Shown: positions 1 to 11,443 of the stretch, one piece after another | How positions within the stretch are numbered: position 1 is the first letter of the stretch | How the letters are laid out: each line of letters starts with the position of its first letter | DNA from: the human T2T-CHM13v2.0 reference genome, Homo sapiens | Length of the DNA: 64,000 nt | Reading direction: 5' to 3' (one strand) | Assembly: GCF_009914755.1 (NCBI RefSeq) | Contig: NC_060935.1 | The notes under the pieces: generated by a model | The model's input: only the letters and a program-made list of their open reading frames with translations | Database searches by the model: none | Told to the model about the DNA's origin: nothing | Made by a program: the position numbers and the translations under genes

Positions 1-542
1 CCTTGGACGTCAACTGTAAAACAGTTAAAAGGTTCCAGCCCTGCACACCAACCCTGATGGATAGGACAAGGCCTAGGAAAAGCAAAGTGTCTTGTAGGGG
101 GTGAGCTTGGAGGAGGGGAGAACCCTCCCTGGGGGCAGGGGCAGAGGCTCAGGAGTCAGTGCAGGGAGTGCTGTGGAGCCAGGCAGCCTGGCCACTCTTC
201 CTCCCCCACCTGTAGCCTTGTGGCCTCGGGCAAATTATTTCACATCCTCTGTGCCTTGGTTCATTCTCCTGGGACATGAGCTGAAGATCGATCGGGCCCA
301 TCTTTGGGGTTGCTGTGAGATGGGGTGCGTGTCAATGGATGTTAGCTCTTGCTGATCTTCTGTCCCAGCCCTGAACCCTCGTGTGACCCTCAATGACCTC
401 ATCTAGGAGTATGGGTCCTGGGGGCTGGGGGGAGGAGTGGGGCCAGGCGTCCAGGGGTTGGGCAGTTGTCCAGTGTTCTCCACTGGAGAGCAGTGGGGAC
501 ATCCGGCCCCGAGGTGACAGGCCCTGTGGTCCCCGGGGCCAG

Positions 543-647
543 TGTGTAACCAGACTCTGTGTGAGGGTCTCGCCCCCACATGCCGCCCAGGCCACCGCCT
601 CCTCACCCACTTCCAGGAGGACTCCTGCTGCCCCAGCTACAGCTGTG
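543..647 (+). CDS. OTOG: Otogelin internal exon (105 nt, phase 1-1): (V)[34 protein letters not shown]
   Basis: ccag| acceptor at 541-542, G|gtgaga donor at 648; Cys-rich peptide recognised as otogelin; frame continues into the next exon. Confidence 0.95.
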
Positions 648-778
648 GTGAGAGGCCCGGGGTGGGGAGGGTGGGGGACGGACTGAGGGCAGTGGGGGGA
701 GGACAGCTCTGGGGGCAGGGGCCCAGGGGTGGCCAGGCAGGTTCCTCTCCCAGCACCTAAATTCAGCCTTTTCCCCAG

Positions 779-886
779 AGTGTGACCCAGATCTCTGTGA
801 GGCAGAGCTGGTCCCCAGCTGCCGACAGGACCAGATCTTGATCACGGGCCGCCTGGGGGACTCCTGCTGCACCTCCTACTTCTGCG
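779..886 (+). CDS. OTOG: Otogelin exon (108 nt, phase 1-1): (E)[35 protein letters not shown]
   Basis: ttttccccag| acceptor, G|gtgggt donor, frame continuity. Confidence 0.95.
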
Positions 887-1308
887 GTGGGTCGCCGCCA
901 CCAGACGCCAGCGCACACAGCCTGATCACAGTCCGCCGGCCTCACCCCTGTGTCCTTGGGCAGCTGGGAGGAAAGGCTGGGGGTCTTCAGATGGGGTGGG
1001 CAAAGGGAGAAGGACAAGCTCACTGTCCAGGAAACAGTGTGGGAGGAAGAGGACACCGACCCCGTGTTCCCCCTAGATTACTAAGCACGAGGAAACTGGT
1101 GCTTGTTCTGTGTAAGCCTTTGGGTGGACATGAGGGAGAACTTCCAGATTCTGATTCCAGAACGGATCACGTGAGACCATGCGATGCTGCCATTAGTTAG
1201 CTCCTGCCACACCTGGGTTGTTGAGGAGGCCCCACCCCCAGCAACGTGCTGTGTGCCAGGCCCCTATGAGAGGACTGCTGTGACAGCATTGACCCTCTTC
1301 CCCCTCAG

Positions 1309-1410
1309 CCTGTGGTGACTGTCCAGACTCCATCCCCGAATGTCAAGAAGGGGAGGCGCTCACTGTGCACAGGAATACCACGGAACTCTGCTGCCCTCTG
1401 TACCAGTGTG
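1309..1410 (+). CDS. OTOG: Otogelin exon (102 nt, phase 1-1): (A)[33 protein letters not shown]
   Basis: ctcttccccctcag| acceptor, G|gtgagt donor. Confidence 0.95.
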
Positions 1411-1503
1411 GTGAGTCCTGGCTGGGCACATGGCGGGCTGCGGCAGGAAGGGGCCCTTCACAGAGTTCCCACCCCGGACCAATGGGGGTTGACAGGGAGC
1501 AAC

Positions 1504-1523
1504 AGAGCGCCCCCAGGTGGTGA
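1504..1523 (-). promoter_or_regulatory. Candidate CTCF-binding motif in an OTOG intron
   Basis: Minus strand reads TCACCACCTGGGGGCGCTCT, one mismatch from the core consensus CCASYAGRKGGCRS. Confidence 0.5.
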
Positions 1524-2499
1524 GCTCTGGAGGGGCCGAGCAGCTGAATCCAGGACGAGTGCAGGCCCACCTGAAGAAGCTGGGTCAGGCTGTCAGGCTG
1601 GAGGGTGGGAGGTCCAGGCCTGTCCCCTCCATGGAGGCCCCCAAGGGCCAGACAGAGGCTAGGGTTGAAGGACAAATACTTGGGTCCCTCCATCCCCCAC
1701 AGCACTGATAAGAAGTCCTCATTCCCTGACTGACCCAAGGCTCCCCTTCAGGGTCCCTTTCGCCACTGTGTCGCCATAGTGCCCGCTCCTGGAGGCTGTA
1801 TCACAGAAGGCCCTGTGTTGCAAAACCTCTGAAGCTCTTTTATTTTGTAATTATAAATAAAAGTATGCTTTTTCCAATATTTTTATAGGGCCTGGTACCT
1901 GTATGTATGATACTGTATATACATGTAGACATGTATAGTATGTGCATATCATGTACTGTGTTCATAGTACCTTGATATAGAATGCACTATGTACATAGTA
2001 CCTCAATAGTAACTGTTAAGCATAGTGCAGCCAGCATTATGGATTGTAAGCAAACCTAATGGATGAAAATGAACAAAATGGTTCTATTTAAATATTATTC
2101 AATTTACAAAAATTGCTTTGCACACTGATAATAGGAGAAGCATGAGGTTTTTTCTTACACAGAACAGAGTAGGAGAGGGGCTTCCACCAGGACACCCAAG
2201 GGCTTCTCTGATTGGTTCAATGTGAAGAGCCACCTCCGAAACAATGTAGGCTCCCATCCCATGAGAGTTGCCCAGATGACCTGGCCGCACCTGACCAGGA
2301 GCTTGTTGGCCCACTTGCCACAGTATTTGCAAGACTGATGTGAGGACAGATTCACTATCCTTTCTCCTTCTCTTCTGTCTTTCTCTTTCTATCATTACCC
2401 CTCCCCCTCAGCCCTCCTCCTGTATTCACGTTTCTTTCCATGTTTCTCGGGGGGCAGCCTAGTCCTATGGATGGAGTATGGGCATAGTCAGTTGGTTTC

Positions 2500-2700
2500 T
2501 GAGCCTCAGTTGGGCTGTCTACCAGCTGTGCAGCCCAGGGCAAGTTCCTTACTCTCTGAGCCAAGGTTGCTCATTTGTAAAATAGCGATGCTAGTATCTG
2601 CCTTGAGGGGCTGTTGTGGAAATTAGAGATAATTTTTGTGAAGGACCAAATGGTCCTTGGTATGCAGTAGGTGCTCCAAAACAGAGGCTGTTGATATTAT
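2500..2700 (+). mobile_element. MIR SINE
   Basis: gggcaagttccttactctctgagcc...tcatttgtaaaatag...tagtaggtgctc-like MIR core. Confidence 0.65.
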
Positions 2701-4149
2701 CACTTTCTCCCAGTCTTCGTCATACTTTTGCTATTACAAAAGCACTGTATATGCATTGTAGAAAGTACGAATTCCAAGTAAATGCAAGAAAATGAAAATA
2801 CCACCTTCCTACCTGCTAGATAATTCCACTGCCAATGCTTTAGTGGATACATATCCTTCCAGATTCTCTCTATGGCTTTATATAGATGTGTGTGGTTTAC
2901 CAAAATCAGCTCATCCTGGACATACTCTTTTTTTTTAAACTGGCTGTTTTCATTGAACAATCACTACCTTTCCATGTTAATACATTTTCAACTCATCTCA
3001 TGCCCAGTCTGTTTCTTCCTGTTTGTCCAATCCAGGATCCAGTCCTGGACCATGCATTATAATGACATGCCTCACATCTCTCATCCTAGCACAGGTCCCT
3101 TTTCCTGTATGACCTCCCACTGTAGAGTCCATGCCATGACCCTGCAGAGAGTTCCCGCTTCTGGACTTCACCAGTTGCTTTCTTTTGGAGCTGCTTACCT
3201 TGTTCCCTGGGCCTCTGTGCTTCCTAAAACTGAAATTTCCATCTAAGGATTGATGGGTTCAAGTTAAAAATTTGGGGCTAGACAGTGCGTGCATGAGCTT
3301 CATAGCACATCACTTCGGGTGCCACACACTATCTGGCTGAGTCACAAGAATTGATGTTAACGTTGGCCCAGATTAGGGTGATGACCGTAATCCTAAGATC
3401 TCTCCATCTTACATTTTTCCTCTTCCAACCAGAAAATAACCTATTACTTTGACACCATAAAAATGCCCTCCCTCATAATTTTTTGGAACACCATTTGATA
3501 ATCCTTGCTTGTGCCAATAACTTTATTAGTAAATCAAGTAACTCTTACAGTTTTCAGATCCTCACCTTTAGTGCTGACCCTCGCCCCTCCCCTATCCACC
3601 AAAACGTTGCACCCAGGGAGTTCCCTCACCCCTTGCCTTGTTCTCCCAGCAAATGAGAATGGCTGAGGAATCCTGAACTGAGAAAAGTCAGCCTAAAGAC
3701 TAGGAAGAAAGGAAGTGCGGGCCCTGCAGGGTAGCATCAGCTGAAGCAGGGCATGCTCAGGTGGGCCCCAAGTGGATGAAGTTTCCACAGGGTGGGAAAG
3801 GTTGTGTTAGACAGAGCGGGATGTTCCCCATCAGCAGACCTTACCCTAATGGCTGGCTCTCCCTGGACCACCTCTTGCAGGGTGACTGCAGATTGAGGAG
3901 GCCCAATTTAATGAGCTTGAGGTTCTGACCCTGTCATGTCACCAGTGCCTCACAGACACAGCACCAGGACCTGAAGTAGCTCCCTGGGGAGACTTCGGGT
4001 GCCCAGACTCTTCCCTGGGGCTCTGAGGACAGTGGGGGTCACTAAGGAGGAGCTGGGGGTAGCCTCTCTTTAGCCAGTGTTGCCCTTCTGAGGATTCACA
4101 TCCCCAGGTGCCTGTGACTGACGTGTCAACTGCCTCTCCTTCCCCACAG

Positions 4150-4248
4150 TGTGTGAGAACTTCCGCTGTCCCCAAGTGCAGTGTGGCCTGGGCACTGCCC
4201 TGGTGGAGGTGTGGAGCCCCGACCGCTGCTGCCCCTACAAATCCTGTG
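4150..4248 (+). CDS. OTOG: Otogelin exon (99 nt, phase 1-1): (V)[32 protein letters not shown]
   Basis: tctccttccccacag| acceptor, G|gtgagt donor. Confidence 0.95.
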
Positions 4249-4514
4249 GTGAGTCCGTGGTCAGGACAGCCTCCCCGCTGGGAGATCCAGTGGCCCTGCT
4301 GAGGAGGGATTGAGGGAGCCCGGCCTACCACCGTCCACTCCTCTCAGATCTGTCCCCTGCAGGGTCTCTAGAGGAAGCCACCAGAATCACCTTCCTTCTG
4401 CATCCGCACTCCAAGTGCTGAGCATTCCTACAGCCTTTTCTCTCTAGGATAAAAGAAGGAAAAAGCAAGTTTCCCATTCCAAAGAGGGTTTCCGTCTTAA
4501 AAAGTCCTTACTGC

Positions 4515-4780
4515 GGCCGGGCACGGTGGCTCACACCTGTAATCCCAGCACTTTGAGAGGCCAAGGCGGGTGGATCATGAGGTCAGGAGTTCAAGACCAG
4601 CCTGGCCAAGACGGTGAAACCCTGTGTCTACTGAAAATACAAGAAAATCAGCCGGGCACGGTGATAGGTGCCTTTAAGAGGGTGGACGTTGCAGTGAGTC
4701 AAGATAGCGCCACTGCACTCCAGCCTGGGCGACAGAGTGAGACTCCATCTCAAAGAAAAATAAAATAAAATAAATAAAAA
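4515..4780 (+). mobile_element. AluS with an internal deletion in the right monomer
   Basis: GGCCGGGCACGGTGGCTCAC start and A-rich tail; lacks the tcccagctactcgggaggctgaggcaggagaatc segment. Confidence 0.9.
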
Positions 4781-5121
4781 GAATAGGCTCTGGACCAGGT
4801 GAAGGGATTAATCCAGGTGACAAAAGGAAACCTGTGATTGGCCCATCTGCCTATTTATCCTTGCTCCATACCCAGTGGAGAGCTTGGTGTTCAGAACCCA
4901 TCACTGCCCACCTACCTAATCAGCAGAGCTGCAGGCCTTCTCCTGCCCCCAGGGATGGAAGGAGGCTGAGATTTGGGCCTCTTCCTCTCCTCTCCCAGGC
5001 CTGGCCTGGAGCTGGGTCTTCAGAAGACGGGTTGTGCCAGCAGTGAGAGGTCCAGGGTACCCAGGGGATTCCTACCTGGACATCCCTGATGAAGTGGGGC
5101 CTGGCCCCTTGTGTTTTTCAG

Positions 5122-5162
5122 AATGTGACTGTGACACAATCCCGGTGCCCCGGTGCCATCTG
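5122..5162 (+). CDS. OTOG: Otogelin short exon (41 nt, phase 1-0): (E)CDCDTIPVPRCHL
   Basis: tgtttttcag| acceptor, CTG|gtatgg donor; needed to keep the frame between flanking exons. Confidence 0.93.
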
Positions 5163-5384
5163 GTATGGAGACGCTCCTCCCCCAACACTCCCTGGTCTGC
5201 TCCCCTTTCCTTTCCTCTCTATCCCCTCCTCTAGAGAATCTGCTCCTTTAATCTAGTGCAAGGAACCCGGGGTTGCAAGTCAGCATTCTTTTCCCAAGCT
5301 CTGCCACTGGCTTTCTGGGTATGGTGCCCTCCTTTGTAAAGTGGACATAATCATGCTTTAGAGTTGTGGTAAGGATTAAGTACA

Positions 5385-5812
5385 ATGAAGATGAAAATTA
5401 TCATGAAGATGATAATGATGATGCTGATGGTAGTGATGATGGTGGGGACAGTGAGGAGGATGGTGGTGGTGACGATGGTGATAGTGCAGTGATTATGGTA
5501 ATAATGCAATGATGGTGGTGGTGGGGATGGTGAGGATGATGGTGGTGGTGATGGTGATAATGCAATGGTGATGGTGGTGGTGATGGTGAGGATGATGGTG
5601 GTGGTGATGGTGAGGATGGTGGTGGTGGTGATGGTGATAATGCAATGATGGTGGTGGTGGGGACAGTGAGGGTGATGGTGATAATGCAGTGACGATGGTG
5701 ATGGTGGTGATAATGCAATGACAATGGTGGTAGTGGGGAAGGTGAGGATGATGGTGGTGGTGAAGATGATAATGGCAATGATGATGATGATGTTGATGAC
5801 AATCATGACGGT
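5385..5812 (+). repeat. Compound (GGT/GAT)n trinucleotide repeat with higher-order units
   Basis: ~430 bp of tggtggtgatgg/gatgat with recurring GTGATAATGCA; source of spurious His/Thr/Pro-rich minus-strand ORFs. Confidence 0.95.
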
Positions 5813-6040
5813 AGCTAATGTTTACTGAGAGCTTACTAAATGCCAGGAACTTTCCTGGGGCTTTCATGTGTATTATTTATTCTCACAACAACCCTGTGAG
5901 GTTGTTTCTGTTGTTTTCTCAATCCTGCAAACAAGGAAGCTAAGGTTAAGGTCATGAAGCTAGTATATCATGGAGCCAGGGCTGACACCAAGGAAATCTG
6001 TCTCCAGAGATCATGCTCTTAGCCACCAGGCTGCATGGCC
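5813..6040 (-). mobile_element. MIR SINE
   Basis: agctaatgtttactgagagcttactaaatgccagg...tctcacaacaaccctgtgagg...gaagctaagg, reverse-complement MIR. Confidence 0.75.
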
Positions 6041-6443
6041 ACTGAGGGAAGTGAAAATACTTTAAGAAATGTGAAGTCGTGTTTACAGTCCTTTTCTGAA
6101 TTATATGTAACCCTCCCCACCCCAGCACACATTTCCTCTCACTCTGTCCCCCATTTCCTCCCTCCTTAACATTGCTGAAGGAAGGTGAGAAGTAGTGTGA
6201 GCCACCCGGGGCTCTGTCCCTCGCTGTGAAAGGAGAGGACACTGGACAGTGCTCCTCATTGGGGAGGCCTGGTAGCCACACTGGGACTGAGCTTCCAGGC
6301 TGCTGAGGGGCCCCAGGCCTGCCAGCCCCCCTCCTGCCCACCACAGGGAGGGACTGACGTAGAGAGGGGCCCAGGTGGCAGACTGCTCCTGAGGGCCAGG
6401 CTGGCCCCCAACCCAGGGTGCTGACTGCCTCTGCCCCACCCAG

Positions 6444-6519
6444 TGGGAGAAATCCCAGCTGGATGAGGAGTTCATGCACAGCGTGGAGAATGTGTGTGGC
6501 TGCGCCAAGTACGAGTGTG
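6444..6519 (+). CDS. OTOG: Otogelin exon (76 nt, phase 0-1): [25 protein letters not shown]
   Basis: ccccacccag| acceptor, G|gtgagt donor. Confidence 0.94.
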
Positions 6520-6611
6520 GTGAGTGGGGGAAGCCTCGGGGCAGAGCCATGCAGGAGGGGCATGGGTGCCTGGGCTCTGGATGACTGTTGCCGCCCTGCA
6601 TGCCCATCCAG

Positions 6612-6790
6612 TGAAGGCCCCGGTGTGTCTGAGCCGCGAGCTGGGTGTGATGCAGCCCGGCCAGACAGTGGTGGAGCTCTCAGCAGATGGCGTGTGCCAC
6701 ACCTCCCGCTGCACCACCGTGCTCGACCCTCTCACCAACTTCTACCAGATCAACACCACCTCCGTGCTCTGTGACATCCACTGTGAGGCG
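6612..6790 (+). CDS. OTOG: Otogelin exon (179 nt, phase 1-0): (V)[59 protein letters not shown]
   Basis: cccatccag| acceptor, GCG|gtaggg donor; contained in ORF 6524..6889. Confidence 0.95.
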
Positions 6791-7545
6791 GTAGGGTGCA
6801 GCCCAGGGCGGGGTGGGTGGGGTTGGGAGGGCTTGCCTGGCAGACCTTGGGTGCTCCAGGAGCCAGAGGGGCCCTTGAAGCTGCCCTAAACCCCCAGGAC
6901 AAGTCAGAGGGGCCCTCAGAAACCTCTGTAGAAAGTGCCAAGAAAGGGACTAGGTTGGGAGAGGCCAGAAGGGGAACAGAAGGGACGGATTTAGTGCCTG
7001 GAAAGAGTGGGTGTTGACAGACACAGCACACATTTATTAGGTGCCTATGGAATGCCTGGCACATTCCCTGTCCCTTTGGTTTGCGTGCTTGTGTTGCTAC
7101 TATTTGGTGAGCACTTCTTCATGCCTAGTACTTAGGATGGTGACTGGCTTCTAGTAAGGGCTAAATAAATATTACTTGGATAAAGAAGGTTAGAATTATT
7201 CCCATTTTTCAGAGGAGAAAACTGAGGCTTAGGGAGACTCTGTCATTTGTCAAAAGTCCTACAGGAACTAAGACTCAAATGGAGGTCTGTCTGGAATAAA
7301 AACTGGCATCCTTACTTAGCAGAAATGGCTTGGAAAGGGTGGAGATGCTCTTTGCTGTAAGGGAGGCTCAGGGTAGATACAGGGATGATTAGCTGCCTGT
7401 GACAGAAGGAGGCTGGGAGCGCCTCTTCTCGAGCACTTACAGAGGGTCCTTCCAGGCTCTGGGATCCCTCACAGATAACCAGGCAGTGGGAGAGCCAGGG
7501 TGGAGGTGGGCATCTGGCTGAGGCCCACCCCGCCCTGGCCTGTAG

Positions 7546-7650
7546 AACCAGGAGTACGAGCACCCGCGGGACCTCGCTGCCTGCTGCGGCTCCTGTAGGA
7601 ACGTGTCCTGTCTCTTCACCTTCCCCAATGGCACCACCTCCCTGTTCTTG
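7546..7650 (+). CDS. OTOG: Otogelin exon (105 nt, phase 0-0): [35 protein letters not shown]
   Basis: cctgtag| acceptor, TTG|gtaagc donor. Confidence 0.95.
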
Positions 7651-7825
7651 GTAAGCAGCCCCCTCGCTGCCCACTTAGGAGGGTGTCCCAGAAGGGGACA
7701 CCAGGACTAGGGCCCTCTCTGGCTTGCAGGCCAGGGCTGGGTACAAACAGGCTCCCAGACCCTATGGGTTTGCGCAGGCTGTCCATCTGGCCACAGCTCC
7801 CATTACCTACTTCTGTGCCCTCCAG

Positions 7826-7945
7826 CCCGGGGCATCCTGGATCGCAGACTGCGCCCGCCACCACTGCAGCAGCACGCCCCTGGGTGCCGTGCTCGTCCGC
7901 TCTCCCATAAGCTGCCCACCGCTCAATGAGACTGAGTGTGCCAAG
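7826..7945 (+). CDS. OTOG: Otogelin exon (120 nt, phase 0-0): [40 protein letters not shown]
   Basis: gccctccag| acceptor, AAG|gtcagt donor; contained in ORF 7724..8149. Confidence 0.95.
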
Positions 7946-8114
7946 GTCAGTGCCTCCTTCTCCACTGAGGCTGTAGGCCAGGGGCATCAGCTGTCTCACT
8001 GGTGGTGGGGTGGGGGTCCTGTGTGCAGGAGTGCAGGAAGAAGGGCTCCCTGGAGCCTGTGCCTGCACTGCCACCCCAAATCCATATGTCTCTCTGCATT
8101 TCTTTTTGCCCTGA

Positions 8115-8655
8115 CCACATCACACCCTGCCTCTTCACACATCACATGACCACATGCAGATGTGCACAAACACACACTGTTACATGTTCTAGGCACATTC
8201 AGCCAGACACCAACACAGGTCACCAGTCACTCACACACCACACACTCCAGGGACATGCACATCAGCATGCCAATGCACACACCACGCGTCATCACACCTC
8301 AAGGCACTCACATAAGCACACTCTTGCACACACATGCCACGCAGATGCAGTTCAGTCCTGTGATGGCTGGCAGGTGTCCAGCACTAGCATGGACAACTGT
8401 CAGTATGGGCGCACCTCAGAGAAAAGGATTTCCTGGAAGGCTTGGGGTTATTGTTGAATTATTAAAGTCCCTGAGATTAATAGTGGACATTTGAAGATTT
8501 CCGACTCTTCCCTAGAAAACAAATATACACAGACACTCAATGACACTCATACACACACCCACACATGCAAAATCACACATGTACACACAGATGCTCATGT
8601 ATGTGCTCACAAAATCACACACACATACTGAGACCTGCCCCCCAACACACACACT
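8115..8655 (+). repeat. CA-rich low-complexity tracts
   Basis: Degenerate (CA)n at ~8115-8340 and ~8520-8655. Confidence 0.7.
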
Positions 8656-9159
8656 TATGTACAAAGAACTGTCCCATCCATTGTTTTACCCATTTCATTA
8701 TAGAGGAGGAGGGTTTTAACGGATACTTGCCCCCATTTTAGAGATGGGAAAATTAAGCCTAGAGGAAGAGGATGATTTGTCCAGGGCTGAGGTAGAGCCC
8801 AGGCCACTGACCAAAGTGGGTGACCCCTGCGCCCCTCCCCTCCCTTATCCTCTGTGCTGGGAAGCACTGGCAGTGGGGTAGGCAATGGAAGACATGAGGG
8901 GAACTGCCCCAGGAAAGATGGGAGGCCCTGTACCATCTTGACCCAGGCTCCTGCCGCAAGGGGGCTACGTGCAGCCTTAGTGGCAGCTTAGCCCCCGTGG
9001 CTCTCCTATGGCCTGGCAAGGGGCCTATGCTCCTGCCCTGGGGCATCACGGGGAGAGAAGAGTCAAGACTCCTGTACTCTGCCTGTTTCTGGGATCTTGG
9101 CTCCCGGCCTGGACAGGGGTCTCCACACCTACCTACCTCCCCCGACTTCCTCTCTCTAG

Positions 9160-9205
9160 GTTGGGGGTTCCGTGGTACCTTCCTTGGAAGGATGCTGCAG
9201 GACCT
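9160..9205 (+). CDS. OTOG: Otogelin short exon (46 nt, phase 0-1): VGGSVVPSLEGCCRT
   Basis: ttcctctctctag| acceptor, CCT|gtgagt donor. Confidence 0.93.
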
Positions 9206-10139
9206 GTGAGTGAGCATGGTGGGGGCCCAGGGGTGGGGGGCTCTGATGGGGGCACAGGGTGTCATGTCAGGGGACAGAGGACCAGGTTCCTGGCCTGGCA
9301 CCTAAAATGATAGCTCTTCTGGGCTGAGTAGATGAAGGGATAACACCCACACCACAGGGCTCACGGCACTGACGCAAATATGCAGATGGCTGGAGGCCAT
9401 GTTTATGTCCTTGTTCCCATACAAAACCTCTGCTTCTTGTCACAGCCAGAGGACATTGGGGCATAGCATTCAGGAGGTCAGTAGCTCACCAGTTACTTCG
9501 CCTCCTCCTGCCCCTGCCAAGGCCCCCAGCCCAGATGCTCCCACATAAATTCTCCCGTAGTCAGACGCCCTGGTCTTGGAGGAGCCTCCTGGGTGGGATT
9601 CAGGCCTCCAGGGTCCCTGACAGTCCCCGTTAGTCCCGCCTCTCCTCCACGGGTTAGTGTCCACTGTCGCCCAGGTACTCCTCTCGGAAGCCCACTGCAC
9701 TGGAGGCAGGCAGCCGCATTGCTATGTCCAGCAATGTCCCTTCTGCTAGATGGCCTGATCTCTGGGGGCAAGGGAGGGGGAGGGCCCCTGCTCCCCACAT
9801 CTGGCACAGGCTATTGGGCCTGCAGTGCATGCTGGGTAGTGAGCTGTATCCCCTGGGCTTGCATGGGAAAGCTTCAGCAGGGCCCGCTCACCTGGCACCC
9901 ACCAATGCCTCGGACTGCCACTGCTTTGCTCTTGCTGGTCACTCAGCCAGTCTTAGTCCAGGGCCCAGAGGGCCATGTCAGGACAGCCCTTAGTTCTCCT
10001 GCCTCCTGGAGCAGAGAGGGAAGACAAAGTGGACTTAGCTATGGCCAGAAGCCATCTAGCTGGTGCAGTAGGAAACCTCTGTGGTGAGGCTCAGAGACCA
10101 GAAGAAAAGATTCCATTCCATTTCTAAAGGGATTCCTGG

Positions 10140-10710
10140 GGTTACAGAGTGAGTGCACGTACCTGGCAAATATTTGTGGAGCGCCAACTATGTGCCAGAC
10201 ACTGTTCTAGGCACTGTAGAGCCTTGTGGAGCTGATATTTAGTGGGAGAGACAGAATAACAAGTATAAAAATATATACCAGGATGGAAGCATTGAGTTTT
10301 GTGGGGCCTGACTTATGCAATGTGGGGGGCTTCAACAAGAAGAAGAATACAAAATGTACAAATTCACATTAAAGTGTGAAAGGAAATATTTATTTAAAAT
10401 GCACAAAGAACTTACAACAAATTCTGGAAGGGGCCTGTGCAAAAGAAGGCCATAAAGCTTATGATTCAACATCGTAATTACCGATGTGTCTCTGACAAGA
10501 CAGTGATTGTCCCCTCGACAAATATAAGCAAGGGAGGGGTCAGGGAGGGAGGACTGAGTAGAGGCAGTGAGTTGCAACTTTAAGAAGGGGAATCAGGTAA
10601 TGCCTGGGAGAGGAGATATTGCAGCCAATTGCTAAAGGAGGTGAGGGCGTGAATGAGCCACAAGACTGGTTGTCTGTGAGAGGCATGGTCCAGGCAGAGG
10701 AAACCCACAC
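10140..10710 (-). mobile_element. L2 fragment interrupted by a hAT-type DNA transposon relic (~10280-10480)
   Basis: aaatatttgtggagcgccaactatgtgccagacactgttctaggcact (L2 3' end, reverse); insert gttttgtggggcctga...aagaagaatacaaaat resembles Arthur1/MER69-like hAT. Confidence 0.5.
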
Positions 10711-11263
10711 TGGTTAGTTTCCATCCCTGTAACAGCTCTGTGAGATGGGTGAATCCCTGGTCCAGTTTGATAGCTATGGAAACCAAACAAAGCATCCCAT
10801 TAGAATGAAGCGTCCCACTAGAGATTGGAGTTTCTATTCATTTAGGAAATTGCATAATCTTAATGCTAGAAGCCCTCTCAGGATGGGAAAACTGAAGCTC
10901 AGAGAGGGGTAAGGGTAAAGTGGCCAACACAGCTTAGAAATAGGCATTAGGGCTGGGGTGGGGAGGCAGCCTCACTCTGTCCCCAGATGCTTCTCTGCCC
11001 TAGCACAGAGTCCTCAAGGGGGCCCTGCTGGCCTTCCTGCCTCACTTGCTCACACTGCTCTGTTTCTGCCTTCCTGACTCCGCCTCCTTCCAGGGCATTG
11101 GGTTAAAAGGCTTTCCCTGGATGGGGAGGGGCACTAATGCATGGGTGCTAATGCTGGAAGAGAGACCCTCCAGCATGACACTAACTGCCCTGGGCTGGCC
11201 CATCCTGCTGCCCCGAAGAAGCCTGGTCTTGGCCACAGCTGCCTCATCCCCCTGTCCCCCCAG

Positions 11264-11343
11264 GTAAGGAGGATGGGCGCTCCTGCAAGAAGGTGACCAT
11301 CCGCATGACCATCCGCAAGAATGAATGCAGGAGCAGCACCCCT
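11264..11343 (+). CDS. OTOG: Otogelin penultimate exon (80 nt, phase 1-0): (C)[26 protein letters not shown], start of the C-terminal cystine knot (CTCK)
   Basis: ctgtccccccag| acceptor, CCT|gtgcgt donor. Confidence 0.94.
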
Positions 11344-11443
11344 GTGCGTGGTGCCCACAAGGCAGTGGGGCAGCAAAAAATGGGATGGAGGGGGTTTGGG
11401 GGTGTGAGCACCACAGACTGCCTCACTGGCCTGCCCGTTCCAG

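Noticed and set aside
1850-1865. AATAAA in an OTOG intron as an intronic poly(A) site
   Set aside because: Lies in an AT-rich low-complexity patch where the hexamer is expected by chance; no other support
5351-5867. Minus-strand His/Pro/Thr/Ile-rich ORFs (124-151 aa)
   Set aside because: Products of the (ACC/ATC)n repeat, which lacks stops in all three frames; no gene structure
5952-6738. Antisense ORFs up to 203 aa over OTOG exons
   Set aside because: GC-rich shadow frames with no recognisable domain; the longest ends in a MIR
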